Shown: positions 37,477-49,390 of the stretch, piece after piece
How the letters are laid out: the number at the start of each line of letters is the position of its first letter
How positions within the stretch are numbered: position 1 is the first letter of the stretch
Assembly: GCA_030265395.1 (NCBI GenBank)
Contig: JARFYF010000055.1
Location: 21,368,076 to 21,432,075 of the forward strand
Direction of reading: 5' to 3'
DNA: 64,000 nucleotides
Source of the DNA: Rhina ancylostomus
Lineage: Eukaryota
Notes under the pieces: model-generated
What the model was told of the DNA's origin: nothing
Databases searched by the model: none
What the model saw: the letters and a program-made list of their open reading frames with translations, nothing else
Translations under genes and position numbers: made by a program

Positions 37477-38069
37477 CTGAGTAAACAACAGGGAGACAGA
37501 ACAGTACACAGGACAGCCAATGTTAAGAACAAACTCTGAGCACAGACACAGGTTCCCTTAGCGGAACATTACAAGACAAGAACAAGCACACAAGTTTACA
37601 GATGAAGCATTTTGTTAAAAAGTGGAAAAAAAAAGCTTTGAACTGTGTTGCAGCAGTGCACAAATCTTAGATATACTCTTGGATGCAGCAATCATGGATA
37701 TTNNNNNNNNNNNNNNNNNNNNNNNNNNNNNNNNNNNNNNNNNNNNNNNNNNNNNNNNNNNNNNNNNNNNNNNNNNNNNNNNNNNNNNNNNNNNNNNNNN
37801 NNGAGTTATGTTTGTCATAATACATTTTGTGTACACTAGTGTATGTATTGAACTAGGCAGCATTTTTAATTTTTTTTTTGGAAACTCTCCTAACGTGCAA
37901 GTGTTCAGCTTTAATAGCGATGGCACATTTGCTTCTGTTTCAGATGGCCATGACTTCATACATCACCTCAGAGTTTCTGTGTACTTCAGACAGACATGTT
38001 TTTTGCAGCAGTGAAATACAATTGTATTAATGCAGGTGCAAAGTTTTGGATAAGCCCTCAAACCATAAA

Positions 38070-38310
38070 TTATCTGCTTTCTTGAATGAATGTAGAAGAT
38101 CCCATGGTACCATTTGAAGAGCAGCAAGGGTGCTCTCCAGTGTCCAGGCCAATATTTATCCTGCAATCAATGTCACTTAGTCATGTTTGCATTGCTGTTT
38201 GGGGAATCTTAAAGTGTGCAAACAAACTATCATGTTTCCCTACATTACGTCAGTGGCTCCACTTCACAAATATTGCCATAAAGTGCAAGGTAAAAGTAAA
38301 CTTGTTTTTC
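38070..38310 (+). mobile_element. Deu-domain SINE remnant (AmnSINE1/SacSINE1-like)
   Basis: gtagaagatcccatggtacc...gtgtccaggccaatatttatcc...attgctgtttgggg...tttccctacattac resembles the recalled DeuSINE central domain. Confidence 0.65.
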
Positions 38311-39261
38311 CTTTTCATTTCTATTCATGAGTATTTAATTTGAATTCTTTGGATACATCGTCTTCCCCTTGCTGGAAATAACTTCCAATGACTGGAGAAC
38401 AGAGACCACTTTGGCTCAGGGTAACCAGCTGCCTCATGTAAGCAGTTGTGTTTGGGTTTCATTGAAACTTTATTCTCTACTACATGCTCTAAAAGTGCAA
38501 ATTAGGAGCATGTGTGCATTGTACCCTGCTTCCAAAATTTGGTTTCACTGAAATGAATGGAACAGAGTTCTGCAGGTGAAGTACAACACACAAAACCTAC
38601 TGCATCACAGATTATATAGTTTTAGTATCACATTGCAGATAAATATATCCATGGAGCAAAATACACTCTGCTGGAGGAGTTTTGTTCCAGATTCCAGCAT
38701 GTGCAGTGACTTCTCTCTCAAAATTTATCTATGGACAAGATTCTTCTGCAGGACATAGATTTTACTTTAAAACAATTCAATTGACTGCAGATTAAGTTAT
38801 GGAAAGTTCAACAACTTATTTGTCATATTGAGAGACAGTTAAGATTAAGTTGTACACTTGAATACATATACAGTACTTATAATTAGATATATAAAGCCAA
38901 ATCAATTATAAGATTAAATAGGTACACTGCTGCTCTCCTAATTAAAAAAATAAACTAAAGATGAAAAGAATATTGACCAAATTAGTCTATGTTAACATGG
39001 CAAGCACACTGATGAAGTAAGAATACACTAATTAGAAACTGTGATCAGTAAGAAATTAAATCACATTTAAATGTATAATTAAAAACAGAAACATGAGAAA
39101 CAATAGGACAACATTACAAGGAACAACTACTAACACAACCTTGTTAGTTCCTGTGTATATTTCATTTGTCACATTACAAAATGATTCAGAAAAAAAATAT
39201 GGTAGCACAGGCATGAATTCGTGGGTGGAAAATTTCAGGGTCAGGTTGCGGTGGGGGGGGG

Positions 39262-39586
39262 GGGGGTAGTGGCACAGTGGTGCAGCTGGTAGAGCCACTG
39301 CCTCACAGCTCCAGTGACCTGGGTTTGATTCTGAGCTCGGGAACTGTCTATATGGTGACATGGGTTTCCTCTGGGTGCTCAAATTTCTTCCCACATCCCA
39401 AAGACATGTGGGTTGGTAAGGTAATTGGCCTCTATAAATTGACCCTAATGTGTAGGTTAATGGCAGAACCTGGGACGAGTTGATGGGAATGTGGGAGAAT
39501 AAAATGGGAATTGTGTACATGGGTGCTTAATGGGCAGCATGGACTCAGTGGACTAACGGGCCTATTCCCGTTCCTAATGACTCTAT
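39262..39586 (+). mobile_element. V-SINE (HE1-like), best-preserved copy
   Basis: A box tggtgcagctgg (~39278), B box ggtttgattct (~39322), gggtttcctctgggtgctc...cccacatcccaaagac V-domain, LINE-like tail. Confidence 0.85.
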
Positions 39587-39781
39587 CAGAGATAAAAGAA
39601 AATTTAAATAATTCACATTCACTCTTACACATTCCAGGATGATGCTAGGATTGTTTTGAAAGAGTTTTTCAGCAAATAACGCATGTACCTTCTTTCAAAG
39701 GTAAATGGAACATTAAAGCAGAAGATAAAATTATTTAAAACGCAGCAAGTTAACTGCATTTTTCTTGATCCATGATGATAC

Positions 39782-39908
39782 CTGTTTTGCTGGTTAACAA
39801 AGTCGTATCAGGTGATGTTATTTCCATGATGAGACTTTCTAACTCAGTTCCTTTATGGTTTATTTCTTGAACTTGTGGAGATTTTGCTGACCAATCTTCC
39901 AAAAGGAC
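39782..39908 (-). CDS. MACF1: MACF1 rod exon VLLEDWSAKSPQVQEINHKGTELESLIMEITSPD...SKT
   Basis: aatcaacag|GTC ... ACAG|gtatca; 127 nt, phase 0-1; resembles MACF1 LLDDWASK...LENLIMEITAPD. Confidence 0.93.
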
Positions 39909-40241
39909 CTGTTGATTAAAATAAGCCGCATCACACTATTTTGTTCAAACTTTTTCCAGCAGAGGCTTGCTTTTATTGTGCTTCTTTCTGAGAACATTAT
40001 GAACAATTAGTTCACATGATGACTTCATCGTCCTGTATGAGATCATTCTCCCTCCCATCCTCCACCAAATAACAGGAAGTGTTTCCATATAACATGCCGA
40101 GTAAACTTCCCTGACTAAAATTTGGAAAGCCTGTATACAGATTATTTAATCTTCACAGTCATCCTGCGCAATAAAATTAAAAATTCACGATATTCCTTAA
40201 ACAAGCACAATTACCACACATTTTATTTTATGTAAACATAC

Positions 40242-40398
40242 CGTTACTTCTTGGATCTGTTTCTCGATCATGTCTGTATTAAGTGCTGATTCAAAATTTG
40301 GAATGTTTGCCTCAGTTTCCTTTAACCATTTTCTAATGGATTCAACCAGAGAAGTGAACTTGCTCAGAGACTGCTGGCAGGATATCGCCTCTTCCTCC
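40242..40398 (-). CDS. MACF1: MACF1 rod exon (R)EEEAISCQQSL...WLKETE...QEVT
   Basis: catttttcag|G ... ACG|gtatgt; 157 nt, phase 2-0. Confidence 0.93.
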
Positions 40399-42550
40399 CT
40401 GAAAAATGGAGACTCAATCAGTGCCATACATGTTCTTCTTTTATCAGAAAATGGCACTAATGTTGGAACTGCTGGGCATATTGAACTATTTCAGATTACA
40501 TACTGATACAGTTACAAAGTTAATTATTCTTCTTATTTTATCTGCTGCTTTCCCACCACCATTCCTAATTTCCCATGGTAATGCTGACTACTAGATAAAG
40601 ACCACACTGAGTAACACCTTTGTTTGTTTCTCAACAGGAGGACGAATTTCAGATAGGGACTATAAATCTAAGCAGGCACTTATTCACATTGGTCCCAATT
40701 TTCCATGTGGAATTGCCAGCACTTCCCTCCCATAATACTCAAGAATAGAGAGGTCCTGAACTTGCGAATTTCTCAACTACACACCGATGTTGCACTCTGC
40801 TTGAGGTCCAAGACAAAGTGCAAATTTCCTGCCATTTCCTAGCAGTTATCCCAGAAAATCTGTCTGCTATTCAGTGACTCTATTCATTTAAATAGAGAGG
40901 AAGAGCAATGAGAGTGCAAGGCAAGTTTAGGTCATTAAATTAAAACAAAAATGATTAATTACATGCAAGTATTCATTATTGCCTATATAAAAATACATTT
41001 AATAGTTAAACATGTGATAAAAAATTAATAATTTTGAATGTTTGTGACTGTCACAGATATTCAAAAACATTGAAGCTCTGTGCATTGATGATAGGTAAGC
41101 TGGAGGCTTCTGGGCAGGGTCTGCCACATACAGCTCCAAGGCCCTGCACTGCACTGGGCCTCTTCAGCCTGGCTGAATCCAGCTTTGTTCAGGAAGTTGC
41201 CAGAAGACACAATCCAGCTTAGTGTGGACCTGGGAGATATTGAGCAGCAAGAGTGACAGCTCACCCCTGCCAGGAAATTCTGAGCTATTGATCGCCACCC
41301 TGACTCTGTGGCCAATTAATTGGCTTTAAAACTATGTGGGCAAAAAAAATAACTGATATCAAATCAGGTTTTGCTGAAAATCAATGTCAATTTTATAGCA
41401 CATTATCAATAACTTTATCTCTTTCAGAACACAAAACTAGTTTGAGCCTGTTATTTATAAAGCACTTTTGTTTAAACTGCTGAGAAAGAATTTGAGAGAT
41501 GATAAATATGTTGCTTTGTACTTAGGGAACAAGTAATCATGTGCATACAAATAGAATGGTACAAACCTGCTCACTTCAAACAAATATAGTGATTCTCAAA
41601 GAAAAAGTCAGCTTTAATTTTAATGAAATTCTAAGAATGGACTAAGAATTCTAAGAATCAATGTAGCTGAACAAATCAACGAATAGGTCTTGTATTTATG
41701 GCAACATAATATGCCCAAATGCAAAGATTCTGATGGCAGAAAATATTTCACTAAGTTTGGCAAACAATGTCTAATGCCTTTCAAATAAAGAATATTGAAT
41801 AGCTGAGGACCAATATGTTAATGATTCTCATTATGCCCAATTACAAAATGAAGCCAAAAGGGATCACAGTGGATAATCTAAGGTTTAACGGAATTACTGT
41901 AGTAAAATTGAGGAAATCCAGAATTGTTCCTTTTCCATTTCAAAAACCTGGTGTTCGAAGAGTTTGCTGGAAGTATTGAGATAACACTACCTTTTCACCC
42001 AAGTTTAGAGGGTAAATGATTTATAATCTTGAGCTTTGTTCCAACCCGACATTCTGGCCATCACAAAGAACACCTTTCTTGTGCTTTGTTACCTCAACTG
42101 CCATTAAAACCCCATTCACACCTTTGCCACTTGCAGACATTACGTCTTAAATGCTTCCCTGGCTACTTCTATTACTCATCTAAGATTTAACTCATTCCTT
42201 CACTGCAGAGAAAGCGAGAGAGTTAAATGACCCGACCAATCTCACACAATCTATTGACTGGTTGAAGGGTAATGTTACTGGAAGCCTGAAAAAAGCTATT
42301 TGATCATTGGATGGAAATTGATGGGTCTAAAAAAGAAAAGCAAAACAGTGGGATAAAAATTAAAAGACAAATTCACGCTGAAGAAAGCTGCTCAAAATAA
42401 TCATATCCATTTTGATATTTTGGACAGCATATTTTTTTCAAAACAACGATAATTCATTAAGTTAATGAACTCTGGGCCTATAGCTCCATAGGGCCAAATA
42501 TGGCTCATAGATGGCCCAGGAAAGTCCTTATGAAGAATATTGTCCGTTAC

Positions 42551-42717
42551 CTCTTTTTAATATTCAGTTCTAATTTTTTGTATCCTCTGGTCAGGTCTTT
42601 GACAGTCTCCATGAGCTGATTCTTTTCTGTCAAAATACCAAATGCGGTCAGCTCTTCTGCTAGTTGCTGTAGAGCCTGTAGGTCTCCTCTTTGCTTCACC
42701 ATTTCTGTGCTTGCGTC
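42551..42717 (-). CDS. MACF1: MACF1 rod exon DASTEMVKQRGDLQALQQLAEEL...LNIKK(R); not shown in this frame by the ORF track
   Basis: cttatcacag|GAC ... AG|gtaacg; 167 nt, phase 0-2; open frame that fills the expected gap between neighbouring exons. Confidence 0.9.
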
Positions 42718-43044
42718 CTGTGATAAGTAAACACATGGTCACTTGTAATTAAAAATGGTAGTCTGGCTGCCCTTTTTCATGTTCAAATGCACTGCTCTCA
42801 CTGACCAATGCCAGTGCTGCTCTTTGAATGAAAATGATTTAAATCCCACTTGAGAGGGATTCTTCCCCAATCTCAGCACTCTCCTAAATTATTATAGAAT
42901 TCTGATAAACAGATTCAAGAGTGCAAGAAATATCAAATTAACATGGTTATCAAAGGAAGGTGTTGCCCAAGAGCAGTATTACAATAATATAATTAAATGT
43001 TGAAAAATAAACTAAGAATACTTCAAACTCATTTAAAAGAAGCA

Positions 43045-43670
43045 TTTAATTTATTTTTGAGACAAGATCATCACTGGTTGGTTCAGAACTTATTGTACAC
43101 CTTCAAGATGGTTGTGGTGGAACACATTCTCCAACCACTGACATGTAATGAAGGAACTTGCACAATTCTATTGAGTCTGGAGAGGGAGGTTGGTTGGGAG
43201 AGTGAGGATACAGGTGATGTTTCAGGCTTCCAAACCAGCAACAACATAGGAATGGTAGTTCATGTCCAAGTGAGCAATGTGGCAAGGAAGTGATTTGGAG
43301 GGGAACCAGCAGCTAATTATGCTGCTGTGTATCTGATGTTATTCTTTGAGGTTTTGTGATTTAGGTCATGGATTTGGGAAATGATGTTCAAGAATGTTGG
43401 TGAGCTTTTACACTGCATCCAGTAGGTGGTGCACACTACCATGGTGACATGATAGAATTAGATGCATAAGCTACGTGACAAGGCACTAATCAAGTGAACT
43501 GCAGCATCGTGGATGATGTTGCATGTCCTTGGTATTGTTGCAGCTGTACTTATACTGACATCTCCTGCCCCTTCTGTGGAAGCCTCTTGGTTTCAGCATT
43601 GGCCTCAGTAGTTATTAGAACCCACGGATCCAGAGCAGTAGCAAATCAACCTCAATCTCAAGGGTTGGCC
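43045..43670 (-). mobile_element. L2-group LINE 3' fragment
   Basis: Reverse complement of the tail family seen at 2600-2858 (gtgatttggaggggaacc, ggtggtgcacact). Confidence 0.6.
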
Positions 43671-44306
43671 TATGNNNNNNNNNNNNNNNNNNNNNNNNNN
43701 NNNNNNNNNNNNNNNNNNNNNNNNNNNNNNNNNNNNNNNNNNNNNNNNNNNNNNNNNNNNNNNNNNNNNNNNNNCTGTGTTATACAGGTGAGTGGAGCAC
43801 ATTCCATCATACTCATTATGTGCCCTGTAGTTGGAGCTATGGGCAGTCAGAAATTGAGCCAATTCCCTCAGAAACCCAGCCTCCTGTCTATTCCAGTTTA
43901 GATCGGGTCTCAAGAGCTTGGTGAGGGGAATCTGAGCAGTAGCACACCATGGAAAGTGGTTAAGCTCTTGCTAATTTAGCAGTAGTGTGACACATGCGTT
44001 GGCCAAGTGGAAGCATCATCACCTCTCGAGAAGGTAGTTCATCTTCACCTTCACAAGAGCAATTAAGGACAAGCTACAAGTGCACAGATTCCAAAAAAGA
44101 ATGTTAGGTTGTATATATTGGACAGGGACTACTTCATTAGCTAAGTAGTTGCGAATGGAGCTAGATATAGCAAGCTGTTTAATATGTCAAATATCTATCA
44201 AGTCAACTGTAGTAGTTTTGTTTTGGCATTCAGTTATGTACTATATTTTTAGTGTTGTTTAAATGAACAGTGATGTACTTAAACTAGAAGTTTACAATAT
44301 ATTCAC

Positions 44307-44624
44307 CAGCATTTTCTGTGAAAAATGAGCAATATCTTTATTGGGATCTCCTCCAGCTGCCAGGCTCTGAGATTTACTTTCCATGAACTGTCCAACGTCC
44401 TGCACCAGTTTCTCAAACTGCTCCATTTTGGGTAGCAGTTTTCTCAGCTTCTCCTCCTTCTCTTGCTGTTCAATACACACCGCCTTCACTTGGCTATTTA
44501 ACTGTTCAAGCTTCTCTTGCAGCGAGGAAGCAGTTGCTCCATCTGTATTTTCAATAAAACCACGAACCATATCCTGGATTGTGTTAATGCTGCTTTGATG
44601 ACTAGCAATATCCTGTTTTAATTT
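44307..44624 (-). CDS. MACF1: MACF1 rod exon KLKQDIASHQSS...FSQKML
   Basis: atttttcag|AAA ... CTG|gtgaat; 318 nt, phase 0-0. Confidence 0.94.
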
Positions 44625-44987
44625 CTGAAAAATTTTAGAAAATACATTCTTGTTTAAAATACTGTACATAATTGGATTTCAGCATACATTTCATAATTCT
44701 AATTTTACTGCTCTAAGTAGCAATTGCTTGTTCCAGTATGCTTTGATTGAGATTGATATCTGTACAGTAATAAGAGGGGGAGGGAGGGGGGGGTGGTTAT
44801 GGAGAGAAAGCATTAACCATCAGTGGGTCTTCTAACTGTAAAACACTTGCTGACCAGGCAAGGAAACTGCTTAGGGAGCGTATGCCAGAAAATCATAATA
44901 CAATTTTCTGCGACACAAAACATGATAAAATTATCAAAGCTTTTCAAATTATGGCTCCAAAAAGCAATAGCCCAGGTGAAAACTCAC

Positions 44988-45196
44988 AGTATTTTGGGCA
45001 AGGGCATCTTGGAAGGCAGCAGACGACAGTGGCAAATTATCCTGATTTTTCAAACTCTTTTGAACACCTTCCAACCAGTTCAGTAAATTATCCAAACCTT
45101 CTTGAACATTTTGAGACTGAGCAATTGACACTTGCAACTTCTCGTTGTGCTCTGAAACTACCTTGGACAAACTCTTGTACCTCTGTGCAATGGAAT
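44988..45196 (-). CDS. MACF1: MACF1 rod exon (D)SIAQRYKSL...ALAQNT
   Basis: ccttttag|AT ... ACT|gtgagt; 209 nt, phase 1-0. Confidence 0.94.
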
Positions 45197-46871
45197 CTAA
45201 AAGGAACACACGACTCTGTTACACAGACATTTAGAAGTGTTTTCAATGATTTTACCATATAAAGTTTCAGAGTTTTCATAAAAATAAATTTAATATTTAT
45301 TTTGGAGAAAATAACACACATTAAAGATGAATTGCTCTTTTAAGTACATTGTTAAAGGAAGGAGACAGGATTGAAAAGGGAAAAGCGAGAGAAAAAGTGA
45401 GCAAGGAATGAAATAAAAAGGGAGGGAGAAGTCAGATTGAAATGCATATTAGGAGTAAAATGAAGCATAGGGAAGAGATGAGGGAATTTGCAAAAGCAAA
45501 GTGAGGAGTGAGAAACAGAAGAACAGGATTAAACCATTCAGCCACGTGCAACTTGTTTTTTAAAAAACCGCTTTAACTCCTTTTACCCATCAAGAGGAGC
45601 AGGTGAAATGGAGGGAGGAGGAGCAGCAGCAAAAACACAAAGAGTATTCTGCTCAATGGGGCAGGCGCTGATAACAGCTGCTAAAGTTCTCACCAGCAGC
45701 ACATCCCGCACTGTTGGGGTGCTCAGCTGCATAGTTCCTCACTGTACTCCCAGCAGAGCATGAAAAATTAGCTCTCATTGTGGGTCTTCGAGCTGTCACA
45801 GCCCAAATACTTCCTTGAGTGCATCATTACCAGATGTTCACATTTGCTAAGTGCCTTTTGCTTAACACTATACCATTTCTTTATAACCAGTTGACCACAA
45901 TATATTTATTTTTATAAATTACTTACAAGATAAATGCAGAAAAATAGTAGAAACTACAGCCAATGTGGAATTTAGGAAAAAAACAGAATAAATAACAAGA
46001 ATATGTAGAAAATAGTTAAGTTGACAGAGCATCTGGAAAAAGAAAAGCAACATTTGCAATTTCAATTATTCTTTCTTCATTCCAACTCCTGACTGAACTC
46101 TATACTTACTGCATCTTTTTTGATTTGTTTCAGATTCCCTGTATATTTTTATTTTGCCTATTATTAGAAGGTTGTCTCATTTCCAATCAATTTCCTCAGC
46201 ATTTGAAGAGCAGCTGACAGGTATGGCACAACTAGAGCCTAATTAGTTTCTTTAATAACTTAATGCTAGTGTCTCACTTTGATTGAAACAATTCTCTGCA
46301 GAAATTCCCATTTGGTGCTATTTTCACTTTCAGTGCTCCAAATAAGGCAAAATTAGCCCAACAATTCTAAACCATTAGATACTTCTCATGCAATAGTTTC
46401 ATACAACCTAACACTTAAACTATGTGCCACTCTAGCAGAAACATCATTCAATAAATATGCATTTTGTAATACTATTGGGATTCTGACATATTTTTCTGAA
46501 TCACTACCCTCAATTTAGTAGAGAAAGGCGATCTTTTAAGTATTATTGGACTTTCTGAAATACTGCATTTTAATTTGAAACCTTTCTTTAAATGTACACT
46601 TCTTTAGAAGATGATAAATTTCATTTACTTCAAGGTGTTCAGTACTGTCTATCAAATGATAGCACAATTATGATCTGCTACGTAAAGATACTCAATATTT
46701 GAAAGTTAATCAATTATAATAAATATTTTAGAAACATTCAGAGAGGTTAGTGGATCACCAATTATTTACATATGTTGAAGATGTATGATTTACTGAAAAG
46801 CTGCATTACTTACTATTTGTTGTAATTACAGAACCACAGTTTGATATAAGCAGCTGAAGCTGAAATTATAC

Positions 46872-46995
46872 CTGTTGTTTGTTGAATTTGATCCTGGTTT
46901 GGAACAAGGTCATCATCCAATAACATTAAGGAGTTTGCTGCTTTCTGTAACTTTTCTACACTGACTTGATGTTCAGCTACATCTCCCTGGAGCAT
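46872..46995 (-). CDS. MACF1: MACF1 rod exon MLQGDVAEHQVSVEKLQK...QQTT
   Basis: caattacag|ATG ... ACAG|gtataa; 124 nt, phase 0-1; AEHQVxVEKLQK motif. Confidence 0.94.
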
Positions 46996-47924
46996 CTGTA
47001 ATTGCAAAATTACACAATGATTCATCCATAATTAAATTAATCCTTCTTTCTGTATAAAGGACCGCTTAGCTCAACTGATAGCTTGATGGATTTAGATATT
47101 GCACTCGTGTGTCACAGAGATGCACAGACTGGAAAGAAGATTAAGTAAAAACATCACAAGTAACCTCGACACAATAGCCTGCTTTGTGGTTGAGGATGTT
47201 TGGATTAGCAAGGACCTACCAACTCCAGGATTCTGGAAGACTTACAGTTGGTTTGGTTATGATACGGCCCACTGTGATAGCCTTTTGTGGACTTCCTCAG
47301 GAACGGCCACTTGGACAAATAATGTGAGGTTAATTGTGAGCAGCCAATGATGCCCGGCAGTTCACAGAAGGCTCATAAAAAGGTGACTCATATTGCCAAA
47401 TAATATATCCTTTTCCAGTATATATTACTGATTAACTGCTAATTGGTAAAACACATTAAAATAAAAAGTGGTTCCTGGCTTTAACATATCACCGGATCAA
47501 AAATCGACATTTATCATTATTAGTTTATAATTGTAAGTATTTAAATATGTCTGGTGTTTGAGCATGCTCCATTATTGTTGAGCTCACCATCCTCATGTAG
47601 TCTATACACAACTCCAGTCTCTTGACTGGCCCTGAAATGCCCCCAGTAAACCACAAACAGGTCAAGAATGAATAGCCCATAATCACCAACCTTAGCAGGT
47701 TCACCAGGTCCCAAGAAAATATTCAAAAACTTTATGATGGTTTGTGCCACATGCAGAAAACTTTATGATTGAGTGCTTCACATGCAGAACTCATTTGGGT
47801 CTTCAGCACCAAGGACACAGATTTAACTACAATAGGTTGTGTTGCGTTGAGTTCCATATAACTGCTTCTTGCTCCTTCACACTGATATGTGATGCACCTA
47901 AGCAATCCTCCCCAAGTACACAAC

Positions 47925-48380
47925 ATCAATTTCCACATGGACACTGATGGCACACAGCTTTACCTCACCAACATCTAACCACAACCCATCTACTCGCACT
48001 AAATGGCCACACTGTTTCTCTGACTGGGGGGGACAGGAATACTCTCCAACTTAATATTGTGAAAACTGAAGCCACAAATTTGTCTTTCTCCCACAGATTC
48101 CAATTCCCTAATGACCAACTCCAGATTTCTTTACAATAAGCCCCACTCTTTGTAACCTTGCAAACAAACCTCTCCTCAAAGTGAACTTTGTACCACACGT
48201 TCAAGCCCAAAATCACCACTTTTCTCCACCTCACCTCATCTGCTGCTGAAATCCTCATCCATGGTCCTTGTAATCTGCATACCTGATTATTCCAATAACT
48301 CTTTGCTGGCCTCCCCTGTTCTACTACTGTAAACTTGAGGCAATCCAAAACTCTGTTAATGTCGTTAGTCACTAGGTCCC
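47925..48380 (+). mobile_element. L2-type LINE RT fragment
   Basis: FHMDTDGTQLYLT (decayed YADDTQLY), LQLNIVKTEA, AEILIH, DYSN.L.AGLP, IQNS remnants. Confidence 0.7.
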
Positions 48381-48733
48381 AGTTAAACGTCAATGTGGGC
48401 TACCAAAGTCTAGGAAACCCATACAACATGGTTAAAAAAATATACACACAGTAATAGCAGATTGTTTGGCCCCTTTAAAAAGTTTTGAAGATCGACCTAA
48501 CACCTGGAAGGAGATTGGCTCCCTGTTCTTTGTCCGGATTCCATTAAAAGAAGATGGATTAAAGGTGGCCCAGGTTCCTATTTCAGACATCAAACTTAAA
48601 AACCTCCCTTCTGGCCTTAACCCCCATTGACTGAGGTGCACATTAACATTATTTCAAGGCATTCACATCTCTACTTATAATGCAGAATAAGCAATAATAT
48701 GCAGTGATTTACAGAATAACAACTTTGATTTAC

Positions 48734-48910
48734 CTTGATATCTTCAAGCTGTTTCTGCAAGTTTTCTGGATCAGAAGAAATTGTTTCCAACAGAAGCCTA
48801 TCTCCAGTTGCCTCTGAGCTCTTTAGCCACATATTCAGCTCATCGGCAATCTCGTGGAAATGTTCATATTTCTCCAACATACTGGCTAGGTGAGTGCCAA
48901 GTTTAGTGCA
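48734..48910 (-). CDS. MACF1: MACF1 rod exon CTKLGTHL...QLEDIK
   Basis: gttcacag|TGC ... AAG|gtaaat; 177 nt, phase 0-0. Confidence 0.95.
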
Positions 48911-49074
48911 CTGTGAACCGAACAAATAAATGATTACATGGATGTTTAAAATTTAGAATTTTGGTGAAATGCTGCCAAATGCTATTTACAATAGCACACC
49001 CCTGTTTATTCTCTTCAATTTAGCCTATTACCTTTTGAAAGTTACTGAAGATTAACCCTTTTAATCTTTAAGCA

Positions 49075-49390
49075 TCTCTACCAAATCTTTAATTTTCTCA
49101 GCTCTAGGGAGAAAAATCTTGATTTCTCTCATCTCTCCATACAAATTAGATCCCTAATCTTCAACATTCAAGCAGGTCTCTGCAATGACTCCAGGCATTA
49201 GCATACTTTCCAAAGCACGATGGCCCAATATGAACACAATACTCCAGCTGAGGGCCAACCAAATTAACTTTCTAATTCTATTTCTAACAAGAATCCTATT
49301 AGTTTTTAAACAGCCTTATCAATCTGTCCTTCCATTCGGATACCACATTCACCACTCAACCATGTCCCCAAGACCCTCATGATCTGAGCA
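49075..49390 (-). mobile_element. Decayed CR1-type LINE fragment
   Basis: tctagggagaaaa..., acaatactccagctgaggg (reverse of PQLEYCV). Confidence 0.5.

Noticed and set aside
39270-39345. tRNA-like A/B boxes
   Set aside because: Head of a V-SINE; no cloverleaf
42557-42742. 61-aa minus-strand ORF in the track
   Set aside because: Wrong frame of the real MACF1 exon 42551-42717
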